A DNA stretch of 64,000 nucleotides, from assembly GCA_964350465.1 (NCBI GenBank), contig CAYGKE010000004.1, positions 20,616 to 84,615 of the forward strand, written 5' to 3'. The first letter of the stretch is position 1. Every line of letters starts with the position of its first letter. Made by a program: the position numbers and the translations under genes. The notes under the pieces were generated by a model. The model worked only from the letters and a program-made list of their open reading frames with translations, ran no database searches and was not told the DNA's origin. Positions 35,760 through 45,713 of this stretch are shown piece after piece. The stretch is from an uncultured Hyphomonas sp. (GTDB lineage Bacteria; Pseudomonadota; Alphaproteobacteria; Caulobacterales; Hyphomonadaceae).

Positions 35760-36250
35760 TCAATCGATTCCGGCGTGACATAGTCGCCATCGACATAAAT
35801 CAGCGGATCGACCTCGCCATGGGTGAAGACGTCCTCGACTTCACCGATAAAGATCGAATGCGTCCCGAAGGGCATTGACGAGACATTCTTGCAGACAAAG
35901 GAGGACTGGGCATCGACCAAGCGCGGCGCGCCATTATGTGCATCTGCCCACGTGCCGTCCTCAAACCGTTCCACACCGCGCTTGCCGCCGCTGCAGGCAA
36001 CCGCCAGATCAACCTGATCGGTGCGCAGGATATTGATACAAAAATCGGCACCAGTCTGCAGAACCGTATGCAAAGTGGCGGCCTGATTGACGCAAATCAG
36101 CATGCTTGGCGGGTCAAGGCTTAACTCGCTCACCGCTGTTGCCACCATGGCATAGGGCCGCGTCGCATCGGCGGCTGTGATAATCACAACAGCCTTACCC
36201 AGCCGCCGTAGACCGAGGCGCATTTCATCAGCAGAGACTGCGTGTTTCAT
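35756..36250 (-). CDS. Flavin reductase family protein
   Basis: AVVIITA, SLDPPSMLIC, GTHSIFIGEV, PLIYVDG. Confidence 0.85.
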   Translation of the reverse strand: MKHAVSADEMRLGLRRLGKAVVIITAADATRPYAMVATAVSELSLDPPSMLICVNQAATLHTVLQTGADFCINILRTDQVDLAVACSGGKRGVERFEDGTWADAHNGAPRLVDAQSSFVCKNVSSMPFGTHSIFIGEVEDVFTHGEVDPLIYVDGDYVTPESID

Positions 36251-36326
36251 TGCAACGTCCATTCAGCGCATCCAACAGCTATCGCAGCTAGCCTGCGACG
36301 TGCAAATTGCAAGCCGGTCGTACGGG

Positions 36327-37211
36327 TCAATCGCTCAGGCGCTCAACCGGGACTTCAAATCCGCAAATATCAAGGATTTCAGGCGGTTTGCGGTAGAAGA
36401 ACTCGTCATCGCGTACGCGTTTGGCTGTCTTGGCGTCTTCAAAGGCCGGGCTATCGCTGATCATCACTTGATAGTCCGGGCGCTCATCCTGGGGCAGGTC
36501 GGCTGCAACCGTCATGGAGATGATTTCGTCGCCGGTATCCGGGGCCTGGATCACACCACTTTCAATCGCGCGATCACCGCGCTGCAATTTCTGGATATAT
36601 TCAAAGCCATCAATCACCCGGCCAAAGACGGTCAGGTTGCGGTCGAGATAGCGCTGCGCATCAAGCACAATATAGAATTCTGTTCCGCCAGAGTCTGGGT
36701 CGGTATCACGCGCCATGGCCAGCGCGCCGGGACAATGGAGCAGCCATTCACGGTCGAAATTGTAGGACCTGCCAACCGCAAATCCATCAATATGACCAAC
36801 TTCTTCAGCGAACAGGTCGCCATTGCCAAGCGGGACAAAGGCCGCATCCGAGACCGGACGGTCATTCTCGTTTTCCAGGCTGGCAAAGCCTTCAATGACC
36901 GTTTCGTCTTTCAGGCCGCCTTGTGCGACAAAGCCATCAATGACCCGGTAGAAATACTGGCCATCATAAACGCCGTCACTCGCCAGTGTGCGAAACTGTT
37001 CGGCATGGCCTGGCGCAAAATCCGGGTTCAGCTCGATCGCGATCTCGCCATGGACGGTTTCGATCAGGACCAGATTTTCCGGCGCAAGCGGGCGCCAGAT
37101 CGGTGCCGTATCAATATCCACAAGTGCAGGTTCCTGAGGAAAGGCCACAGGTGCTGCTGCGCAAGCAGTGATTGCGGCAAGGGAAAGTCCAACAAGGCTA
37201 CGGATCAACAT
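36327..37211 (-). CDS. Cyclophilin-type peptidyl-prolyl isomerase, lipoprotein
   Basis: ITA-C lipobox; FYRVIDGFVAQGG, GALAMAR, YLDRNLTVFGRV. Confidence 0.85.
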   Translation of the reverse strand: MLIRSLVGLSLAAITACAAAPVAFPQEPALVDIDTAPIWRPLAPENLVLIETVHGEIAIELNPDFAPGHAEQFRTLASDGVYDGQYFYRVIDGFVAQGGLKDETVIEGFASLENENDRPVSDAAFVPLGNGDLFAEEVGHIDGFAVGRSYNFDREWLLHCPGALAMARDTDPDSGGTEFYIVLDAQRYLDRNLTVFGRVIDGFEYIQKLQRGDRAIESGVIQAPDTGDEIISMTVAADLPQDERPDYQVMISDSPAFEDAKTAKRVRDDEFFYRKPPEILDICGFEVPVERLSD

Positions 37212-37313
37212 GAGGGGTCCTCCGGGAAACAAGCTCAGGGCGTATCACAGAACGAACCATGAGGAGGCGCGGGCTGCAACGCGTTGATACAGCCCTGCAC
37301 CATGTGCCGCTGC

Positions 37314-37901
37314 CTAGGCCGCCGCAAGATTGGCGTTGGCAAAGTCCCAATTAACCAGATTGTCGAGCCAGCCTGCCATATAGGCCGGGCGGGCATTCTG
37401 GTGATCAAGATAATAGGCGTGCTCCCAGACATCCATGGTCAGGATCGGGGTGACACCGGCTTCGGTCAGAGGCGTCTCGGCATTGGCCGTCTTGCGCACT
37501 TCCAGCTTGCCGTCTGCCAGAACCAGCCAGGCCCAGCCAGAACCGAACTGTGTCGCGCCAGCTTTCGAAAACTCATCCTTGAAGGCCACATAGGAGCCAA
37601 AATCTTCCGCGATCTTGTCAGCAATTGCGCCGGTTGCCGCGCCGCCGCCACCTGGCTTCATCGAATGCCAGAAAAAGGTGTGGTTCCAGACCTGCGCCGC
37701 ATTGTTGAACACGCCGCCATCTGAAGAGCGCACGATATCCTCAAGCGATTTGCCAGCATGATCCGTGCCTTCAATCATCTTGTTCAGATTGGTGACATAG
37801 GCATTATGGTGCTTGTTATAGTGGTAGCTGAACGTATTGGCCGACATATGTGGCTCAAGGGCATCCGGGGCATAGGGAAGGGCTGGAAGTTCAAAAGCCA
37901 T
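37314..37901 (-). CDS. sodB: Superoxide dismutase [Fe]
   Basis: HYNKHH, AAQVWNHTFFW, QFGSGWAW, DVWEHAYY. Confidence 0.93.
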   Translation of the reverse strand: MAFELPALPYAPDALEPHMSANTFSYHYNKHHNAYVTNLNKMIEGTDHAGKSLEDIVRSSDGGVFNNAAQVWNHTFFWHSMKPGGGGAATGAIADKIAEDFGSYVAFKDEFSKAGATQFGSGWAWLVLADGKLEVRKTANAETPLTEAGVTPILTMDVWEHAYYLDHQNARPAYMAGWLDNLVNWDFANANLAAA

Positions 37902-38047
37902 GTAGAAAAGTCCTCCTGAGGGGCATCTGTGAATATCTGTGCAAGCCATGCCATACATATTGGCGGCCTGTACAGCCAGATCGGTTGAAATTGCGCCGGG
38001 ACAAGGGGTTAAGGCCCGGTCGCGTCATATTGTCGGAACAAATGAGC

Positions 38048-38461
38048 CTATGTATCCGCTGTCAGCACCGCGATCAGCTCAACCCATTCCAGAACGTCAT
38101 CACCGACGCCCTCGTCCTCCAGGAATGTAATAAAGGCTGGCAGTAGCGCCTCAACGCTGCCGCACTGGTCGGCAGCCGCTTTCAGCGCGGGCCAGGCATC
38201 CTGCTCGAAATCCTGTGCCAGATCCTCGAAATCCTCGATCATGCCCGGCACTTGCAACAGGGTTAGCGGTCCGGGATCATCATCCAGTTTTTCAGAGAAA
38301 TTCTTCAGCCGGTTGATCGTGCGATAATTGGCGATACTGAAATTGCTCAGGATGCGCTCGCTTTTCCATTCCACCCATTCCGGGGTGCAGGGCTCTGGGC
38401 CGGTCGCGCATGCCCCAAGGACTGCAAGTCCGGCGAGCGCGCCAAAACATCGCGTGATCAT
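38048..38461 (-). CDS. Hypothetical lipoprotein
   Basis: LGA-C lipobox; coupled to the upstream ORF. Confidence 0.65.
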   Translation of the reverse strand: MITRCFGALAGLAVLGACATGPEPCTPEWVEWKSERILSNFSIANYRTINRLKNFSEKLDDDPGPLTLLQVPGMIEDFEDLAQDFEQDAWPALKAAADQCGSVEALLPAFITFLEDEGVGDDVLEWVELIAVLTADT

Positions 38462-38703
38462 TCGCCGGCCTCTTCGACCCAGGCTTCAACCTCACCCTTC
38501 AGCTTCAGCGTTAGCGGGTTGCCCTTGCGGTCCACCGCCTTGCCAGCAGCCACCTTGATCCAGCCTTCGGAGATACAATACTCCTCGACATTGGTCTTCT
38601 CTTCGCCATTGAAGCGAATGCCGACGCCCTTGGCGAGCAAGTCGGCATGATAGAACGGGCTGTTTGGATCGACGCTCAGGCGGTCAGGGATCGTATCTGT
38701 CAT
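38458..38703 (-). CDS. DUF3297 family protein
   Basis: PDRLSVDPNSPFY, VEEYCISEGWI, G.VEAW. Confidence 0.8.
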   Translation of the reverse strand: MTDTIPDRLSVDPNSPFYHADLLAKGVGIRFNGEEKTNVEEYCISEGWIKVAAGKAVDRKGNPLTLKLKGEVEAWVEEAGE

Positions 38704-38731
38704 CGCTTCGCTTTAAACCAGGCCTTACCGT

Positions 38732-39076
38732 CTATTCAAGCAGATCATGTAGCTGCGGCGGCGCGGCCCGGCGCCATGACATGGTCAGCGCCGATAGGAC
38801 CGTTGCCCTGTCGGCGCTTGCGAGTGTGATCGTGGTCGCGCCTTTGTCACCCCATTTGTTCGGGACTTTGGAAAAGATGCCGGGTTCTGCCACGATCAGC
38901 ATCTCCTGCTCTTCGACACTCAGAAACACATTCGCCGTCTCATCGGCCTCGAGCAAAGTCGCTATGATCTTGCCGCGCGGCGCATCGACGCGAAAGCTGG
39001 CCCGGTCAAAATGCGGCTTCTCAATCGCCTTGGGCAGGCCAAGCGCCAGTGTTCGAAACTCTGCTACAGAAACCAC
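38732..39076 (-). CDS. MmcQ/YjbR family protein
   Basis: LALGLPKAIEKPHFDRASFRV, WGDKGATT. Confidence 0.75.
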   Translation of the reverse strand: MVSVAEFRTLALGLPKAIEKPHFDRASFRVDAPRGKIIATLLEADETANVFLSVEEQEMLIVAEPGIFSKVPNKWGDKGATTITLASADRATVLSALTMSWRRAAPPQLHDLLE

Positions 39077-39098
39077 GGCATATCCCCGACCTCAAAGA

Positions 39099-39860
39099 TC
39101 AGAATACGCGCGGACGCTCCACCTTGTCGACATGCAGACCGCATTCGGTCTTGTCCAAACCGGCCCACCGACCGGAGCGGATATCGGTCAGGCTTTCAGC
39201 CGGCTTGGTGCATGGCCAGCAACCTACTGACGGATAGCCTTGGCCAACCAGAGGATGGCGCGGCAGGCGGTGGCGGTCGAAATAGGCCTGGACATCGCCC
39301 TGCGTCCAGCTTGCCAGCGGGTTGACCTTGAACCGGCCATTGGCGTGCTCAACAACCGGCAGAGATAGGCGTGCCCCGCCATGGAAGCGTTTGCGACCTG
39401 TAATCCAGGCATCATAACCTTCGAGTGCAGGTTCCAGTGGGCGCACCTTGCGCAGGGCGCAGCAGGCATCCGGATTGTCTTTCCACAGCGTATTTTTTGG
39501 GTCCTCTGCCTGGCGCTCGCTTTCTTCTGGCGCAATCTCACGGACATTTGTCAGGCCGAGCTGGTCGATCAGCTCATCCTTATAGTCCAGCGTCTGCGGG
39601 AAATGCATGCCGGTCTCAAGAAACACGATGGGCAGGTTTGGATCAACTTCAGCGATCAGCGAAAGCATTACTGCGCTTTCAGTGCCAAAGGATGAGACAT
39701 AGGTGATCTCGCCCAGCCACTCGCGTAGCAGAGAAGATCGCAGAATGGTTTGCGCAGAAGCTTCGCGCAGCTCCTCATTCAAACGAACCAGGCGCTCTGC
39801 AACCGTTTCTTCAAGCGTAATTCGGATATCCGAATAAGGCATCTGGTCAGGCTTTCTCAT
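39099..39860 (-). CDS. cysH: Adenylyl-sulfate (APS/PAPS) reductase, 4Fe-4S type
   Basis: SSFG.ES, CCALRKV, GCWPCT, ECGLH; start 39860 or 39842. Confidence 0.9.
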   Translation of the reverse strand: MRKPDQMPYSDIRITLEETVAERLVRLNEELREASAQTILRSSLLREWLGEITYVSSFGTESAVMLSLIAEVDPNLPIVFLETGMHFPQTLDYKDELIDQLGLTNVREIAPEESERQAEDPKNTLWKDNPDACCALRKVRPLEPALEGYDAWITGRKRFHGGARLSLPVVEHANGRFKVNPLASWTQGDVQAYFDRHRLPRHPLVGQGYPSVGCWPCTKPAESLTDIRSGRWAGLDKTECGLHVDKVERPRVF

Positions 39861-40338
39861 GCCGCCTTGCAAACACAGATCCATGTGCATCCGCAGCGGG
39901 CTGATAGAACGCTGAATACTCTTCCAGCGCTTTCAACACATCAGATAGGTCAGCGCGGGCCGTCTCGAAAGCATCGAAGCCTGAACGGTTCATATAGAGA
40001 ATCTGATCTCTCAGCACGTGGCCGACCGCGCGCAGCTCTCCGGTATAGCCCAAACGACGCCTCAATAGCTGTGCCTGGCTGTAGCCGCGGCCATCGGTAT
40101 ATTTCGGAAAACTCACCTCGATCAGGCCAATTCGGTCCAGAAATGGCGCCAGATCATGTGGATCATCGTCCGGTTCCAGACGTACCCCAATTTGCGTGTT
40201 TCGGGCCAGTAGAGTTTCGGATTCCTGCACCAGGTGGGCCAGCGGCAGTGTCACGCAACCTGTAACAGGTATTGCAGTTTCACCCTCTATATGGGTCCAC
40301 ATATTCTCGGCTTCGGCGCCATCCTTAATCAGTGGCAT
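39847..40338 (-). CDS. DUF934 family protein
   Basis: IEVSFPKYTDGRGYSQAQLLR, ELRAVGHVLRDQ; ATG overlaps the cysI end. Confidence 0.85.
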   Translation of the reverse strand: MPLIKDGAEAENMWTHIEGETAIPVTGCVTLPLAHLVQESETLLARNTQIGVRLEPDDDPHDLAPFLDRIGLIEVSFPKYTDGRGYSQAQLLRRRLGYTGELRAVGHVLRDQILYMNRSGFDAFETARADLSDVLKALEEYSAFYQPAADAHGSVFARRHEKA

Positions 40339-41983
40339 AGACAGCCTCCTTGAACGGGTCGTGGCCGGTGCGGGACAGGGTATCGATGAATTTTTCATCT
40401 GCTGTGCTGCGCAGTTGGCGATAGGTGTCGACAATGCGTTTGACGGCGCCTGGCACAGCATCATGCGGCAGGGCAGGGCCAACAATGTCGCCGATGGCGG
40501 CTTTCTCGTCGGCGCGGCCACCTAAAGATATCTGATAGTATTCCTCACCTTTCCGGTCGACACCGAGAATACCGATATGGCCGACATGGTGATGGCCGCA
40601 GGCATTGATACAGCCTGAGATATTGATGTGCAGCTTGCCAATATCCTTCTGATAGGCCGGATCAGCAAACACTTTCTGGATATCCTGACCGACCGGAATG
40701 CTGCGCGCATTGGCGAGATTACAATAATCGAGGCCCGGGCAGACGATCATGTCCGTGATCAGGCTCTCATTCGCTGTCGCAAGGCCTGCTGCATCCAGCT
40801 CGCGGTAAACCTCATAAAGATCATCCAGCGCAATATGTGGCAGCACCAGGTTCTGTGCGTGGGTGACGCGGATATCGTCAAAGCCATAAGTCTCGGCGAG
40901 ATGTGCCGCGACCATCATTTGCGCATCGGTTGCGTCGCCCGCCAGCCCGCCAATCGGCTTCAGGCTGATCGTGGCCGAAGTATAGCCTGCCACCTTGTGC
41001 TTGTGCAGGTTGACGTCCGCCCAATTGGCAAAGGCCGGGTCGGCTGCCCTGGCGCGTTCAAAACCGTCGCTGGTCGCCGGCTTGTCTGCGAAGGCAGGCG
41101 GCGCAAAATAGGCATGAATGCGATCAATCTCGTCCTGCGGCAGGTCGATTTTTTCGGCGCTGCGCTGGGCGGCAAACTCTTCGTTCACCAGCCGCGCGAA
41201 CTCGGCCTCTCCGGTCTCCGAGACCAGAATCTTGATCCGCGCCTTATACTTGTTATCGCGGCGGCCAAAGCGGTTATAGACGCGCATGATCGCCTCGAGA
41301 TAATCCAGCAAGTCGGCTTCCGGCACGAATTCATTGACCAGGGCGGCAATGTGCGGTGTACGCCCCTGGCCCCCGCCAACATGAACCTCAAACCCAATCT
41401 CATCGCCGCGCTTGCGTATGTGCAGGCCGATATCGTGAACCCGGATCGCTGCGCGATCATGCTCTGCCGCCGTCACCGCGATCTTGAACTTGCGCGGCAG
41501 GAAAGCGAATTCCGGGTGGAACGTACTCCACTGGCGGATGATCTCGCACCACGGGCGCGGGTCCATGATCTCGTCCAGGGTCGCCCCGGCAAAATGATCG
41601 CTGGTTGTGTTGCGAATACAGTTGCCGCTGGTCTGGATGGCATGCATCTCAACTTCGGCAAGTTCGGCCAACACGTCCGGAATATCTTTCAGCGCGACCC
41701 AGTTATACTGAATGTTCTGGCGCGTCGTCATATGACCATAGCCGCGATCATAGACCCGCGCGATCTTGGCGAGCTTGCGCATCTTGGCGCTGTCGAGCTG
41801 ACCATACGGGATCGCCACGCGCAGCATATAGGCATGCAGTTGCAGGTAGACGCCGTTCTGCAGGCGCAGCGGCTTGAACTCGTCTTCCAGAATGTCTCCG
41901 GACAGGCGACGCGCGACCTGGCCGCGGAACTGGTCCACGCGTTCCTTGACGATCTGCGCGTCGAATTGATCATATCTGTACAT
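40325..41983 (-). CDS. cysI: Nitrite/sulfite reductase hemoprotein
   Basis: TTRQNIQ, QTSGNCIRN, CPGLDYC, ISGCINACGHHH siroheme/4Fe-4S motifs. Confidence 0.9.
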   Translation of the reverse strand: MYRYDQFDAQIVKERVDQFRGQVARRLSGDILEDEFKPLRLQNGVYLQLHAYMLRVAIPYGQLDSAKMRKLAKIARVYDRGYGHMTTRQNIQYNWVALKDIPDVLAELAEVEMHAIQTSGNCIRNTTSDHFAGATLDEIMDPRPWCEIIRQWSTFHPEFAFLPRKFKIAVTAAEHDRAAIRVHDIGLHIRKRGDEIGFEVHVGGGQGRTPHIAALVNEFVPEADLLDYLEAIMRVYNRFGRRDNKYKARIKILVSETGEAEFARLVNEEFAAQRSAEKIDLPQDEIDRIHAYFAPPAFADKPATSDGFERARAADPAFANWADVNLHKHKVAGYTSATISLKPIGGLAGDATDAQMMVAAHLAETYGFDDIRVTHAQNLVLPHIALDDLYEVYRELDAAGLATANESLITDMIVCPGLDYCNLANARSIPVGQDIQKVFADPAYQKDIGKLHINISGCINACGHHHVGHIGILGVDRKGEEYYQISLGGRADEKAAIGDIVGPALPHDAVPGAVKRIVDTYRQLRSTADEKFIDTLSRTGHDPFKEAVYATD

Positions 41984-42619
41984 CTAAAGCGTCACCCCTT
42001 CTTTGGGCATGGCGTGGCCAATGCCGACCGCGGTTTCAGTGCGGCCAACCCAGCGTTCGACATTCGGAAATTCGGAAAGATCAAACCCGCCTTCATGCGC
42101 GACGCGTGTATAGGCGACGAGGGCAATGTCTGTGCAGGATAAGGCAGTTCCAACCAGCCAGTCGCTCCAGGTCAGCTGCATGTCCATGACGCCGAGCGCC
42201 CTGCGTCCCTTGGCCATTAGTTGCGGGTCAATCTCATCATCCGGCAGGTCCAGATAGTGTTTCTTGAACCGGCGCACCGCGATGGCGGTCTCGTGGGAAT
42301 ATTGCTCCCAGAACAGCCAACTATTCATTTGCGCCCGTTGAAACGCGTCGCTTGGAATAAGGTCAGACCCCTCGGCCAGATATAGCATGATCGCGTTTGA
42401 CTGCGGCAAGACACGGCCATCCGGCCAGCGCGCCAGTGGCACTTGCCCGACCGGGTTCAGTGCCAGGAAGTCTTCGCTCCTCGTCCCACCATTCAGGATA
42501 TCAATCTCGACCCAGTCATGATCGATATCGAGATAATCGGCCGTCCAGCGCGGCTTCTGGCAATTGCCGGAAATGCTATCGCCATACAGGGTCAGTTTGG
42601 TAATCGCACGCGATGGCAT
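41984..42619 (-). CDS. Glutathione S-transferase family protein
   Basis: SGNCQK, NPVGQVP, QSNAIMLYLA, TDIAL. Confidence 0.88.
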   Translation of the reverse strand: MPSRAITKLTLYGDSISGNCQKPRWTADYLDIDHDWVEIDILNGGTRSEDFLALNPVGQVPLARWPDGRVLPQSNAIMLYLAEGSDLIPSDAFQRAQMNSWLFWEQYSHETAIAVRRFKKHYLDLPDDEIDPQLMAKGRRALGVMDMQLTWSDWLVGTALSCTDIALVAYTRVAHEGGFDLSEFPNVERWVGRTETAVGIGHAMPKEGVTL

Positions 42620-42924
42620 CAGATGATCACCCCATAGGGTACGGTCGGACCCTTGGCACGAATGGTCTCGCGCAGGGTCTCACGTCCGGCAATCTTGCCG
42701 TCTTCGCTGACCTCCATGAAGTATGGATCGGTGATCAGGTCTTGCTGGGTGTTGGCGAGCGCTAGAGCAGCTTCGGCTTCGTCGCCGGCGAAGACTCCAA
42801 TCTCGCTGGCATCATCGCTCCAGCTTCGATCCTGCCTCATCCAGACCACTTTCCCGGTCAGCGTCGCCCAGGCGGTAATCGTCTTCGGTGTTTCCGGTTT
42901 CAGTTTCGGGCGCACAGAGGTCAT
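42619..42924 (-). CDS. DUF2849 family protein
   Basis: ITAWATLTGKVVW, DPY, RETIRAKGPTV; usual cys-operon position. Confidence 0.75.
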   Translation of the reverse strand: MTSVRPKLKPETPKTITAWATLTGKVVWMRQDRSWSDDASEIGVFAGDEAEAALALANTQQDLITDPYFMEVSEDGKIAGRETLRETIRAKGPTVPYGVII

Positions 42925-44324
42925 GCCACGGACTCCAGTTCAAATCTTGCCAGCGCCTCGGCCGGTATCGCGCTGACCTCGCCAATGATCAGCAAGGCAG
43001 GACCCTTGATCCCGGCGCGGTCAATCAGTGACGGCAGTTCAGCCAGCGTGCCGAAAACCTTGATCTCATTTTCGCGGGTGCCGTTTTCGATGACAGCAAC
43101 CGGCGTTGATGCAGCGCGCCCGGCATGGATCAGTTTTTCTGCAATTGCAGCAGATGTGCCGACACCCATGAACACGACGACAGTTTGATTCTCACGCGCC
43201 AGGGCTGGCCAATCGAGGTCGGGGACACCGCCCTGCTTGGCGTGGCCGGTGACAAAAGTCAGGCTCTGGGCGTGGTCACGGTGGGTCAGCGGCAGGCCAG
43301 CTGACGCGGCGCACCCCAATGCAGAGGAGATGCCGGGTACGACCTGCGCTTCGATGCCCGCTTCGCGCAAGGCTTCAACTTCCTCGCCGCCGCGCCCGAA
43401 GACAAATGGGTCGCCGCCCTTCAGGCGCACAACGCGTTTGCCGGACTGTGCCGCCTCAATCATTAGCTCGTGGATCTGGCCTTGCGGTACGGAATGGTTG
43501 GCTTTGGCCTTGCCGACCGGAACGCGGTCCGCATCGCGCCGGACAAGATCGAGGATCTCATCGCTGACCAGGCGGTCATGGAACACCACGTCGGCATTCT
43601 GGATCAGGCGGAACGCTTTCAGGGTCAAAAGCTCCGGGTCACCAGGGCCTGCGCCGACAATGTGGACCGGGCCGGTTGTCGTCTCGCCTTGGCTGAACGT
43701 GGTCAGCATCTCGTGCAGCGCAGCCTCGGCGCCTTTCAGGTCACCGGCCAGCGCCAGTTCGGCCGGGGCGCCATTCATCGCGGCTTCCCAGAATTGGCGG
43801 CGCTGCGTGCTCACCGACAGGGCCTTGGCGACTTCAGGTCGGAAGGCCTTAGCCAAAGCCGCCAGCGGCCCGATATTTTGCGGGGTCAGCGCTTCCAGCT
43901 GTGTGCGGATTTTCTTGGCCAGAACCGGCGCCGCGCCGCCTGATCCAACCGCCGCGACCAGGTCGCCGCGATCCATGATCGACGGAACGGTAAAGTCGCA
44001 AAGCTCGGGTCGGTCGACGACATTGATCGGCACGCCATACTGCCGCGCCCAGGTCATGGCCCGCTCGGTATTGTCGTCAACGCGGCAAGCAATGATGGCG
44101 AACTTGGCGCGGTCCAGTGCCTGTCCGGCCTGATCCTGCGGCGCGATGGTGATCCGCCCTGAAAATTCCTCGGCGAAACCTGGCTCCAGCTCCTTGCCGA
44201 CAATCACGGTGATATTCGCGCCCGTCTTGGCCAGAAGGCGAACCTTACGCCGCGCCTCTTCGCCGCCGCCAAACACGACCACATGCGCGTCATCCATATA
44301 AAAAAAGGCTGGAAACAGCCGCAT
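42921..44324 (-). CDS. cysG: Siroheme synthase
   Basis: N-terminal dehydrogenase/chelatase, VGAGPGDPELLTLKA, RLKGGDPFVFGRGGEE. Confidence 0.93.
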   Translation of the reverse strand: MRLFPAFFYMDDAHVVVFGGGEEARRKVRLLAKTGANITVIVGKELEPGFAEEFSGRITIAPQDQAGQALDRAKFAIIACRVDDNTERAMTWARQYGVPINVVDRPELCDFTVPSIMDRGDLVAAVGSGGAAPVLAKKIRTQLEALTPQNIGPLAALAKAFRPEVAKALSVSTQRRQFWEAAMNGAPAELALAGDLKGAEAALHEMLTTFSQGETTTGPVHIVGAGPGDPELLTLKAFRLIQNADVVFHDRLVSDEILDLVRRDADRVPVGKAKANHSVPQGQIHELMIEAAQSGKRVVRLKGGDPFVFGRGGEEVEALREAGIEAQVVPGISSALGCAASAGLPLTHRDHAQSLTFVTGHAKQGGVPDLDWPALARENQTVVVFMGVGTSAAIAEKLIHAGRAASTPVAVIENGTRENEIKVFGTLAELPSLIDRAGIKGPALLIIGEVSAIPAEALARFELESVA

Positions 44325-44452
44325 GGGCGCTTACTCCCGAGAGTTTAGAAATTGCGCCGCACAAATGGGCTTGAGACCCCGCTCCGGCAAGCGTATGGCT
44401 CTTACTCCATTGTTTAGAGAAACTATAGTCAAAATCTGCTTAGAAGCGCGCC

Positions 44453-45388
44453 ATGTCCGACCCCACTGATCGCCTGCCCCCGCTGAATGCCCTGCGCGCC
44501 TTTGAGGCCGCCGCCCGCCGCCTGTCTTTCACCAAGGCCGCTGACGAGCTCAACGTCACACCGGGCGCGATTTCGCAGCACATCCGCCAGCTTGAAGACT
44601 ATGCTGGAACGCCGCTATTCAAGCGGACCGGGCGCAGCGTCCTGCTGACCGATGCAGCGCAGGCCGCGCTACCCCTTGTCCGCGAGGCATTTGACCAGAT
44701 CGCCGAGGCCGGCCGCATCATGCAGGCGCCAGCGCGCAAGGGCCGGGTCATGGTCAGCTCCGCGCCGAGCTTCGCCGCCAAATGGCTGGCCCCGCGCCTT
44801 GATGGGTTCCACAGCGCCCACCCGGATGTCGAAGCCTGGGTCAGCGCGGATAGTGGCATTACCGATTTCACCACTGCCGATGCTGACTTCGCCATCCGCT
44901 ATGGCGGCGGCGATTATGATGGCCTGAAAGCAGAAAAACTGCTCGATGAGACGGTGCTGCCAATCTGTTCGCCCGCGCTGCTCGAAGGCCCTGACCCGAT
45001 CCGTAAACCGGCTGATCTTGCCAAGCATACGCTCATTCATGATGTCTCGGCGGAGGTTGATCCATCCTGCCCGGACTGGAATAGCTGGCTGCAGGCGCGC
45101 GGCGCTGGCGCTGATGTCGATGGCACGCGCGGGCCGCGGTTCAATCAGTCGGCTTTGGCCATCGAAGCGGCTGCAACGGGCCGCGGCGTGGTCCTTGCCA
45201 AGCGTGCCATTGCCTCGGCCGATATCGCTGCCGGGCGGCTTGTTGCGCCCTTTGCAGATGGCTCAATCAGCGTCGATTATGGCTATTGGCTGGTCTGGCC
45301 GAAAGGTCGCCATCTCTCTGAAGACGTCCGCGCCTTCATCAAATGGGTCAAAGCTGAAGCGCATGCGAGCGAAGTCGCCGGGGTTTAG
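44453..45388 (+). CDS. LysR family regulator (GcvA-like)
   Basis: LPPLNALRAFEAAARRLSF HTH; divergent from cysG. Confidence 0.9.
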   Translation: MSDPTDRLPPLNALRAFEAAARRLSFTKAADELNVTPGAISQHIRQLEDYAGTPLFKRTGRSVLLTDAAQAALPLVREAFDQIAEAGRIMQAPARKGRVMVSSAPSFAAKWLAPRLDGFHSAHPDVEAWVSADSGITDFTTADADFAIRYGGGDYDGLKAEKLLDETVLPICSPALLEGPDPIRKPADLAKHTLIHDVSAEVDPSCPDWNSWLQARGAGADVDGTRGPRFNQSALAIEAAATGRGVVLAKRAIASADIAAGRLVAPFADGSISVDYGYWLVWPKGRHLSEDVRAFIKWVKAEAHASEVAGV

Positions 45389-45395
45389 GGCGGCC

Positions 45396-45704
45396 TTATC
45401 CCTTTAGCGCAGTGCCGAGCACGCCCGACAGCGCTTCGAGATAGGCAGCAAAGGCCTTGCGCCCTTCAGCCGTCAACCTGATCGTTGTCAGCGGTTTGCG
45501 CCCGACAATGGCTTTTTCAATCTCGATATAGCCAGCATCTTCCAGTTTGCGCATCTGGATCGACAGGTTGCCCTGCGTCACCTTCAGTGCGGTCTTCAGC
45601 TCGGTAAAGGAAGCCACTTCAGCGTTGGCGAGATAGGCCATCGCCCCAAGCCGAAGGCGGCCATGAATCACATCACTGATTTTGTCGATATCATAATCGG
45701 ACAT
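45396..45704 (-). CDS. Winged-helix transcriptional regulator
   Basis: IHGRLRLG, TQGNLSIQMRKLE.AGY. Confidence 0.85.
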   Translation of the reverse strand: MSDYDIDKISDVIHGRLRLGAMAYLANAEVASFTELKTALKVTQGNLSIQMRKLEDAGYIEIEKAIVGRKPLTTIRLTAEGRKAFAAYLEALSGVLGTALKG

Positions 45705-45713
45705 GTCGCGGCC

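Noticed and set aside
36177-37262. 361-aa + strand ORF
   Set aside because: Antisense to the cyclophilin gene, which carries the recognisable motifs
40628-42142. 504-aa + strand ORF
   Set aside because: Antisense shadow of cysI/GST; no motifs; typical of GC-rich codon bias
43237-44133. 298-aa + strand ORF
   Set aside because: Antisense to cysG; low-information Ser/Ala/Arg-rich translation
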